Positions 53,694 through 64,000 of a DNA stretch of 64,000 bases are shown here, piece by piece; the first letter of the stretch is position 1, and every line of letters starts with the position of its first letter. The DNA comes from Eledone cirrhosa (lineage: Eukaryota). The notes beneath the pieces were generated by a model. That model saw only the letters and a list, made by a program, of their open reading frames with translations. It did no database searches and was not told the origin of the DNA. The DNA lies in assembly GCA_964016885.1 (NCBI GenBank), contig OZ024742.1:237770001-237834000 (forward strand). The letters run 5' to 3'. Position numbers and translations under genes: made by a program.

Positions 53694-54205
53694 AATAAGG
53701 GCGCTGCGGAGTTGCAAATGGGTTACATATGAAAAAAGTTTGTCCTTCATCAGTGATCTTCCAACCATCATAGGCATTTCATCGCTTTAAATACCATATA
53801 CCTCCGGTTGGTGCGAGCAACGGCTAAAAAAAGTCGTTGGGACACGTAAATAAGGGGGACGCGAGGGTAAACAAACGAAATGGTGAAGCAACAGAAAGTG
53901 AGGAAGAAAGAGACAAGTCCCAGATTTCTATGAATTTAAATTTGGTGAAATCGTGAACGACAGAATAAAGACCATCAAACCTGGTTGAAATGTGAGCAAG
54001 GAAGGAATTTCGCACAGGTCTAACGGGAGGAAGAAGGGGTCTGGTCTGCGAATTTGGTAAACATAAGTTCTGTGAAATCGTAGACGAGAGAGAGAAAAAA
54101 TTCATACCAGCTTGGCCAGCGTGCGAGAGAAAAGAATTACACACAGGTCAAACGGGAAGAGAGAGGAGGAGGAGAGGTAGTGACAGAGAATGAGTGAGTG
54201 AAGGG
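52071..54205 (+). mobile_element. Family P array: inverted partial copy, two ~624-bp near-identical direct units, (TA)n, then a diverged inverted copy
   Basis: 52071-52420(-), 52467-53089(+), 53090-53635(+) and 53690-54205(-), with four permuted HHR-like motifs. Confidence 0.9.
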
Positions 54206-54808
54206 TGGTGGCTGCCAACTCGTTTTCGAGTACGGCCACTACTTTATATCCATGTAGGAGAACTTCTACCGATGCGCTGAACGAGTGTGACTTTTTAGTC
54301 CAGCCAGCGACTTGAAAACTCTGGTACTACACCTGTGACAATTATTGACACATAGTGCTGGGCCCATGGTACCATGTGACGACAAGTGCAGAGAGATCTA
54401 CAGATATAAAGCAATGCCTGTGCCGTGAAGCTTTTATAGTGAGCAAAGGCACTGTACAAATCCAGTCCCACTCTCTTAACCAAGATGATATTTACCAAAA
54501 AGAAGAACATGTCAACATCATTGGATACCATCAGAGTTGCAGGTGTTATATCAGAGTTTTCCTTCTCCCAGAATTTTGCCTTGACAAAGGCTAAGGGGTC
54601 ATCTCTCCCGGTGATTTTGGATAGCCATTGACTCTTAAGAGCTCCTTTGCTCTTTGACAGGTTTTGTTTTTAGTCCTGCAGGATGTCCAAAGTCACCCTC
54701 CTCACCAAGAAACCTTGGTGGGGTTGCCAGTTTAGTCGCCAACGACCCGACCATGAGACAGGTTGTACTGGGATACATGTTACCAGTAGCACCAACTGGT
54801 GACCTGAC
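54205..54808 (-). mobile_element. Short RTE-derived non-autonomous element (5' UTR joined to the 3' end)
   Basis: RTE-like 5' motifs gtcg..cgactaaa and ggagaaggaaaactctga. The 3' part encodes a C2H2-like CHRCSTRVFKSLAGLKSHTRSAH. (CCA)n end. Confidence 0.6.
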
Positions 54809-55292
<484 letters not shown>

Positions 55293-55899
55293 AAAACATT
55301 GATAATTATAATAGTTATAATGATAATGGTTGTCATGCTGGTAATGATGGTACATGGGAATACAATGGGTATTAACAATCAGAGATTAAAATTAATACAT
55401 AAATAGATAATTATATTCCCATCTACCATTATTATAACTACTATCAGAAAAACCACCACGAAGGGTGGTTTTTCTGATAGAATTTGCAGTATGCATATTG
55501 ATATTATATTCAAATATACATTCATGTACATGTGATACGTCAAATAAAATCGTAATTGACAATATGCACAGAAATTGAGAGACTATGTTACACTGTCTTC
55601 TGTAATCAGTAAAGTAATCCATGATACATTTAAAAAAGATGATATTAAACTGCATTACGGTGTATTGACATTTGAAAATTTTAAAAGAAGTGTATCTTAA
55701 AATAACTTTGCCTTTCATCCTTACGGGGTCGATAAAATAAAGTACCAGTAATGCACTGGATAATTGCTGGCCTTGTGCCAAAAGTAGAAACAATTATATA
55801 TAAGAATATTCATGTTTAATCAACAGCTACGAAATTTAGTAGATAAATTATGTAATATTCATTCATTATTTATTCAAAGTAATCCAACTTATTTTACTA

Positions 55900-57310
55900 G
55901 CGGGATAAAAATATATATTCAGGACACAATCCCGCACTCCTCCCTTTTTTATATTATGATTAATAGAGAAGGATTAGCCATAGTAAATAAAGTAGGTATA
56001 GCTGACCGAATTGAACCGTCACTATCTCGGCAACCGACTTTCACTTTAAAGGACCATAAAAATAATTTCGAATCTAACCCATGTATTAGATTAGTTTGCC
56101 CTTCTAAATCTGACATAGGACGTATCAATAACAACATATTGGATATAGTAATGTTACAAATGAGAAATAAGTTGTCAATTAAACTTTGGGACAATACTAG
56201 TGAAATAACAGACTGGTTCACTCAAATCGAGGACAAGGCATCGTTAGTATTTATCCGATTTGATATTGATGATTACTAATCTTCTATATCATATGTTCTT
56301 CTTAATAAGGCCCTTGTGTTTGCTACACGCAACTCTAACATTACTAGGGATGAAGGCGATATAGTTTTAACTGCCAGACGTCCTATAAAAATGTTTAATA
56401 ATGAATATTGAACACGCAGAGATGGAAGTAAAGATTTCGACATAACTATGGATTCTATTGACTCAGCCCAGGTTACACACCTTGTCGGAGTCTGTCTCAT
56501 GCACAGCCTACATCGGGAATTTGTTGACCTTCAGGGTGGAATATATAGAGACGACACTCTTCTATTTGTTAAGAATTTCAAGGGTCAACAACTTAAAGGA
56601 AGAAAGAAAGCTATAAGATCCTTCTTTAGGCGATTAGGCCGTAAAATATCTTTCAGCCATAATTTTAGATTAGCTAAGTTTTTAGACGTGACATTAGCCC
56701 TTAATACCGGCATATTCGAATCCTTTCACAAGATCAATGACAATCTAAACTATATTAATCGGCATTCAAACCACCCTAAGTCTATCATCAACTCCATGTT
56801 TGGAAATGTGTCTCGTAGAATCTCCAGGCTATCCGCCTCTGAATCCACCTTCAACTCACATGCGGATTATTATAACGCGGCTCTACACAAGGCTGGCTTT
56901 AATGAATTAGATTTAAGTTGGATAAACCAGGCGACGAAAACATTACCCTACCAGGAATAACATATCGAGTATGCAACAATACGGACATATCAATTATAAG
57001 AACAGAAACAACCATAATAAATCCTGCACAATCAATACCCACGATAAATAAAAAACCGGATCGTCGGATTTGAAAACAACAAAGCAGTCCTGATCTAAAT
57101 CTTACCTGTGGTTTAATCCTCCACATAACGAATTAGTCACTACTAAATTAGCCATAAATTTCTTTAGCTGAAAGCTTTCCTCCGGCTCATAGCTATCATA
57201 GGATCTTGCATAGAAGAACAACCCGGCTGCCCTACTCATAGCTATCATAGGATCTTGCATAGAAGAACAACACGACTACCCTTAGCAGTTTCATAGTAGG
57301 ATTAAACAAT
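55900..57310 (+). mobile_element. Penelope-like reverse transcriptase pseudogene
   Basis: TLKDHKNNF..RLVCPSKSDIGRI, FDIDDY*, GIYRDD, FLDVTL, YINRHSNHPKSII, ISRLS, with in-frame stops. Confidence 0.92.
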
Positions 57311-58203
57311 AAACGCCTCCGAGATTTTGATAGAAACAAACAACCTAACAACCAAACGACCAGTTTCCTCCACATTGAACAGGGATAAGCCGAACCATTT
57401 TGATGGATCATATAATGTGCATGCGAATTTCACACAACCTCCGTATACCTCGTATACCACCCCAAATGCGGGTTCAAATAATGACCCCTTACATTATGTG
57501 TGTTGGAAGTACTAGAGATTATGACTGGTTTGGATCTGTTGAACTCTCGTCATGATGGAATCTTTCACTACCAACATAAAGCTTTACGAACCTTCGCTAA
57601 ATATCACCCTGATGATCTGATCCCGTATCTAGGTATCCACTCTACTTCTAATACCTACTACCTCTTACAACACCCTTCCTCCTAGAATCGTTAACTGTCA
57701 ACATAAGACATTAGAAAACTTCGCGAAATACCACTCGACTAGCATAAGATCTGATCCTATATCTTTCTATCCACTCTACTTGTAACTGCTACTCCTTACA
57801 ATACCTTACCACCAGCCGCTCCAACTTGTATCAGCGCCTGCTGGCATCTTAAAGTAAACCCCTTTTAGATAAAACTAATGCTCAGCAACGCCAGAGTTAT
57901 TTTATTACCTTTCAACAATATCTTATCATATCTGGTCGCTCTGGCCTGAGTTCCTTATCTCTTCCTTCCTTCCCTTTTACTTCTCCCCTCTCTTCTCACT
58001 TTTCTCATCTTCCTCCTCACATACCCTTTTCCTCCACCCACAATTCATAAATGAAACGGGTTTTGCCCAGCAGTAATCCCTCCTCTTTCTAAACCCCACT
58101 CACAAATAAACTTTTCTCATTGGTCATTTTGACTGCGATCCATCCTCTCGCTCCCAAACATTTTACTTATAGTAATTCAGCTTTTATTATTTTCCTTATT
58201 CCA

Positions 58204-58583
58204 GGGGCGGTGAATTGGCAGTATCGGTAGCGGGTCGGACGCCATGCTTTGACGCATAGAGTTACGGCCCTTGCCATTCTGAGTTCAAATCCCGCCGAGG
58301 TTAACTTTGCCTTTCATCCTTACGGAGTCGATAAAATAAAGTACCAGTAATGTACTAGGTAATTGCTGGCCTTGTGCTAAAAGTAGAAACAATTATTTTC
58401 CTTATTCCTATAAGGGCGGTGGATTGGCAGTATCAGTAGAGGGTCGGACGCCATCTCTTTATGGACTGAGTTCAAATCCCGCCGAGGTTAACTTTGCCTT
58501 TCATCCTTACGGGGTCGATAAAATAAAGTACCAGTAAAATACTGAGATAATTGCTGGCCTTGTGCCAAAAGTAGAAACAATTA
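58204..58583 (+). mobile_element. Two main-family SINEs in tandem at one target site
   Basis: 58204-58395 and 58414-58583; ttattttccttattcc occurs before, between and after them. Confidence 0.92.
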
Positions 58584-59169
58584 TTTTCCTTATTCCTATC
58601 TTTATTCTATGCTTTAGTCTTTTTCTTTATTTAAAATGTGATCTTTCGCTATATATCTATGTATGTATGTATATGTATGTATATATATACATGCATATGG
58701 ATATATGCGTATATGTATATAACACTATATACTGTTGACTCCTGCGTTTATTTTTTTCTTTGTTTGTTAGTCATTATATATATATATAATGTTTGTATGC
58801 CTGTTTGCGTGTTTGTGTATGTGTGTGTATATTTATATTCATATACATAATCAAAATATATGTCTTATTAAATAACTTATAAATATGAGTGAGCCAGAGA
58901 ATCTTCTTTTAATATCTCGGGCCGGATTTCATATTCCCCAGCTTGCCACAATTGAGCTCATTAACTGCTCATGTGACTGCAGCCTCTGAGAGATTAGTCA
59001 CCGCTCTCAGACGCAACTAATGTACATCAGAAGATGCTATTGTGATCGGGTTTAGAAGATCAGCAATGTATTCTCTCCACCGCACGACGATGTACTTCTC
59101 TGAAGGGAGAAGAATCCCAGACGCGTTTTTGATAGCAGTTGCGGAGGAGAGCTTCTTATTACGAATTCG

Positions 59170-60302
59170 GTAAAGCCTATGCTAAGTGTCTGGCAAAGTG
59201 ATGCAGGGAGATTGTCGAGTCCAAACTAGCAGAAGGATGGTTCGGTTTTCACCCCGAACGTAGCAAATATTTACACTGCGGCAGGTCTTCGAGAAATCGT
59301 GGGGGTATCACCAAGAGGTATATTTTTGTTTTGTCGACCTTGAAATATATGACTACGTTCCTCGGGACATGCTATGGAATATTCTGCAGGAGTATGGGAT
59401 CGATGGTCAGCTTCTTTCTGCTCTGATGTCTCTATACGAATTCCCGAGTATTTGTGTTCGGATAATTGGTGCTAAATCGAAACCATTCAGTGTGAGAGTC
59501 GGACGACGGCAAGAGTGCGTACTGTCATCTCTTCTGTTCATAATTTACATGAAAAGGATTGACATGCGCAGCCAGGTTCAAAGTTGTATCATGACTGGCG
59601 GGTGTAAAATCAGTCGGCTGGAAATTGCAAAAGACCTGGTGTTACTTAACTGTCCAGAAAGTGCTGCATGGCTGGAATGAAAATCAGTGCTCCTCTCAAG
59701 GAAGCTGGGGCAGTGCAGTTTACGTATCTCAGGGCCGTGGTCATGAGTGATGGAAGGTATGTGGCTGAATTAAGTGCAAGAATCGCAGGAACTCGTGCAG
59801 AAATGCGCCAGCTTCAGCATTCGATAATCAGAATCTTGGGTAATGACCGAAAGAATACTATCACGAATTCAAGCAGCCGAAATGGGGTTCCTCCGAAGGG
59901 TGTTAGGGTAACGTTACTCGATATAGTGCGTAACTTAGAGACCAGAGGGTCAATCAGGTCAGAGCCGCTACTTCTCCTGATTGAGAGATCAGAACTCCGA
60001 TAATATGGACATATGGTTAGAATATCTCAGGAAAGAATCGGTTGACAGATTTTACGAGCAAAACCAACCGGCACGACTCCAGATGGTTGGATAACATCCA
60101 TAAGCTTGGGTGGTATCGCTTGGGGATCCAGCCGGACCAATGGGAGACGGTTGCTTTTGTCAGGAATCGCTGGAAGGAGTATCTGACGACTCTGCCCCCA
60201 AGACCTACGCAGCAAGGCGGACGAGGAAGAAGAAGAAGAAGAAGAAGAAGAAGAAGAAGAAGAAGAAGAAGAAGAAGAAGAAGAAGAAGAAGAAGAAGAA
60301 GA
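59170..60302 (+). mobile_element. Degraded RTE-clade LINE 3' half with a (GAA)n tail
   Basis: LWNILQEYGIDG..FSVRVGRRQECVLSSLLFIIYM..IAKDLVL; EPLLLLIERSELR; tail at 60226-60302. Confidence 0.85.
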
Positions 60303-60882
60303 TATGTATGTTTGTGTATGTTTGTGTGTGCTTTTGTGTGGATTTTGTGTGTGGGTGTGTGTGTTTGTGTGTTTGTGTGTATGTATGTGTGTGTTTGTGT
60401 GTGTGTGTGTATGTGTATGTGTGTGTGTGTGAGTGTGCACGCGTGTGTGTTTTGTATATGTCTTCCTAAATATCTTATAATAGCATTTTCTCTGTGAATA
60501 TGGTTTACAATAAACATTAAATACACAGTTTTTGACATCAAGAATGTGGATGTATTTCATTCAACTACTGAAGATATACGTCGAATGAAATTGCAACAGT
60601 TTAAACCTACAAACAATAGAACCTCATTACAGCGCCAGGAATAGCATATTAATTTACTTTTATTTCAGTTGAAGACAATTTCAAGAAATAACATTTGGTC
60701 TACCCGCAGAAATCTGCTTCAGATTGAGACTAGTAATCAACTGAAGCCAGAGAAAATCTCTGGTCTTAATATAAGTATTCGTTATACATATTAGATGTTA
60801 CCATTCCAATCAGGCGCTTTACAAACAACTAAACGCAAACAGACACACTCACTAACACACGCACATACACCCACCCACATAC

Positions 60883-60921
<39 letters not shown>

Positions 60922-60959
60922 AAAGTTTTATTTAAAATTGTTGGGTTACAACAAGTAAA

Positions 60960-63026
60960 TATTTTATAACTGATATAAAGCACTCGACAAGTTTTGGAGT
61001 AGATATACGATATTAAACAAATGGAAACTATATTCATAAAACCATATTTATTTCATTATACATATTTCGGGGATACCATATTAAAAATATGGCATGCCTT
61101 CTTCAGATAAAATACAATATATCGACAGTTTTATAAATAATTTTGACGTACCATAAATATTGAGCAACCGTTATGTAAGAAGCCGGTTTGGTAGTGAGAT
61201 GCTTATAAATATTTAGTGTTAAGCACAGTTAAAAAGAAAGACGGAGAAAAAGAAGAAATGTATGTAAAGAAAAACAGAGAGAAATAGAGAGAGATAGGGG
61301 AGAGAGAAATAGTGAGGAGGTGAAAAAAGAGAGGCAGCTGAAGGCAACAGATGAATAATAATAATTCATCATACAAATTGAGAGATTTAGGAGGGAGGAA
61401 GTACTGTAATTATTTAGTTATAGTGTTAAGGACAGTTGGGGAGGAGACGGAGAGAAATAAAAAATGAAGAGAAAACAGAGAGAGAGAAAGATAGAGGTGG
61501 GGGGAAAAAAGAAAGAGGTAGACCAAATAATAATAATTATATAGGGGGAGGTGAAAATCAAGAGAGAAATAGGAGAGAAATAAGAGAGAAACTTGAGAGG
61601 CAAAGTTAAAACAACAGATACATAAACTTCATCATATATAAAGAGGAAGGAGAAGAAAGAGCTATATCTAGAGAGAGGGATGATAGATTTACATCTTTAC
61701 GTTATGTCCTATCAATTTGAATTATCAATTCATATGAATTGGGTAATGTAATGTAAATATCAATATTCATGAATGAGACATATATATAATGTGTGAAAAT
61801 AATTTTGCTCAATAATGACCATATGTTTAGTTTAAAATTCTGAGGTCGATGTACCAAAACTGAGATAAAACTTCAAAAAATACGGAAATATATAAGTATA
61901 TACATACACATGCATATGCACTTTCCGGAAAAGGAAAGCAAGAGAAAAAGAGAAGGTCATCTAAAGTTCTAGTTGATATTATAGACATACCCATGACTTT
62001 ACGTGATCAACTCTGTAATTTCTTGTTTCACAAAAAAAAATTTTTTCCTTGTGTTATAAAAGATTTTACTATATATATATACATAAAAAATAAACGATTA
62101 ATATTCTTGCCCTCACATACATGATTATCGTTCATGTATAGAATATTATGCATATCTGTAACATATCCAGAACTATACCCACACATAGATATAGATATAT
62201 ATGCACACATACAGGTACATGGACAGATAAAATATACTCTGTAATCATTCCATATGCATATTAATACGTATGGCCTTTGTACAGAGACAACCAGATATCA
62301 ATATATCAGCACAGAAATATCAAAACGTTAAAAATATTTTCATCACTCCCTAGAGTATCTCGGGCCATAAAAACACAGTATGCCCTCATATCAACCACAG
62401 AAATCTACCCTTCCAATTTATCTGACAATATATTGCCAAGTTCATTAGAAGCAATCAGAATCAAAAAGCGAACAAAAAAAAACTAAAATTATTCAACAAA
62501 ACTTATTTAGCAGAAATCATTTAAAGGATTTAGGAGACCCTGTTGTTCTACGGATGGTCTTATATTTAGTATAGAAGTTTATCTTGCGTAAAATTTATTC
62601 AATAGATTGGGAGCATCTACATTTTAGGGTAGTTTAATTACATCATTAGTTTATATTTATGAAGACGGTTTAAAAGAAAAAGTTGAAGGAATCGAAAGAT
62701 TTATCGTCAGGTTTCATACATTAATTAAATATCTTAATTAATTATACTACATTTTAAATTTATATTTATATTTAAACGTTGAGTTCAATCTATGTCTGCA
62801 GCAACTGAATAAATTGCTCCTTAAATTAAGGGAATTTTTGGATATTAATATAAAGAATATCTCCTCCACACAGAGGTCACATGTCTCAGATGAGGAATTA
62901 AAAGGAATCCCTCTTGAGACAATATTCCAAAACATCGAATACCCAACGTTATCATGTTTAAGTTGCCAGAGTAAGCCTGATAGTGAAGTTGAAGATTTTT
63001 TGTTTGGATCTGTGAAAGAATTCTTA
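60960..63026 (-). mobile_element. Penelope-like element 3' part: GIY-YIG C-terminus, long UTR and pLTR with hammerhead at 61049-61114
   Basis: STSLSGLLWQLK..WNIV..CDLCVEEIFFI..LNLRSNLFSCCRHR. Continuity across the UTR is inferred. Confidence 0.72.
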
Positions 63027-63028
63027 TG

Positions 63029-63068
<40 letters not shown>

Positions 63069-63170
63069 CAAAAGTTTAATAAGGTTCAATGAATAAAGTT
63101 TTACAATGGATTAGAAGCACTCAACAGTGAGGTTTTCTGGAGTTATTAATATTATTTCAAAATATTAATA

Positions 63171-63238
63171 ATATTTTATCTGATGAGGAAGTACTGATGA
63201 AATAGCTCAGTACCTCTGAAATATGTATAATAAAATAT
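63171..63238 (+). ncRNA. Minimal type I hammerhead in an inverted pLTR junction (63070-63285)
   Basis: atattttat-CTGATGA-ggaagtactga/tcagtacctct-GAAA-tatgta-TA-ataaaatat, with a 9-bp stem I. Confidence 0.8.
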
Positions 63239-63279
63239 ATTTTATCACATGAATGTCTATATTTATTAATATTTTGAAG

Positions 63280-63317
<38 letters not shown>

Positions 63318-64000
63318 TTACTTTATTTACTTTACCGGTATATATCTATATTCATTGATACAATGGTAACTGTAGCTATATATATATATGATTTTAAAAA
63401 CTAAAATTGAGATGGAGAGTTTGTGTTTCTATTGTGGTTTGTCTAACATCTAGTTGGAGTCCGAAAATTGTTTCGGTTTTATACAAAAAAAAGTGGCTCA
63501 GATTGCTATCTGTTTAAAATGTAATTTGGTTGGTTGATAACAGTCGCGTGATTAGGAATAGTAATTTTCGCGCCAGAAAATGTGGCTCAAATGGCAAATA
63601 TTCTTAAAAGACTCCAGTTGCATTTTCAATTTCTTTTCCTAAAGTGGGACATTTTACAAAACCTTACTTTTTATTTTTCTATTTTCTCTATAAGACTATT
63701 ATTTTTTTCTCCCTACAGGTTATATGCTTTTATTCTTTATCTTAATGTCTTTTTTATATAGTTTTTATATATTTATAACATAGATATTTCTCATATTTTT
63801 TTGTATATATCTCTTATACGTTACTTAAATTTTCTCTTTACCAGGATTCTTCATTTCTATAAAATACTTGTGTAGACTCTACTCTGCTTTATCATTAGCA
63901 TCTTTAACTACACTGCTATTAATAAATATCTGGCATGCATTACAATTCGGCCGGAGTGGGAGATTCTGGTGCTTGAGCATACTGCCTGTTTTTCACCCAC

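Noticed and set aside
60017-60560. Poly-K, poly-R, poly-S and poly-L ORFs
   Set aside because: Frames of the (GAA)n LINE tail.

Overview
AT-rich, microsatellite-laden eukaryotic DNA with no recognisable intact host gene. It is probably intronic or intergenic, and the SINE, Dong/R4 and Penelope content suggests an octopod cephalopod (inference). The window is almost entirely transposon-derived: three Dong/R4-clade LINEs nested at (TAA)n tracts, RTE, CRE and Tx1 LINE relics, two mariner relics, several Helitrons, many copies of a tRNA-derived SINE, and Penelope-like element (PLE) RT and GIY-YIG relics. The notable signal is a set of short non-coding, often palindromic, elements inserted in (TA)n. 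They carry hammerhead-ribozyme (HHR) motifs of several families: canonical minimal ones, core variants, and one family (7 complete copies plus 1 truncated) whose three catalytic strands occur in reversed, non-circularly permuted order with covarying stems, including a 624-bp tandem unit. All RNA structures were read by eye and none was computed or tested.
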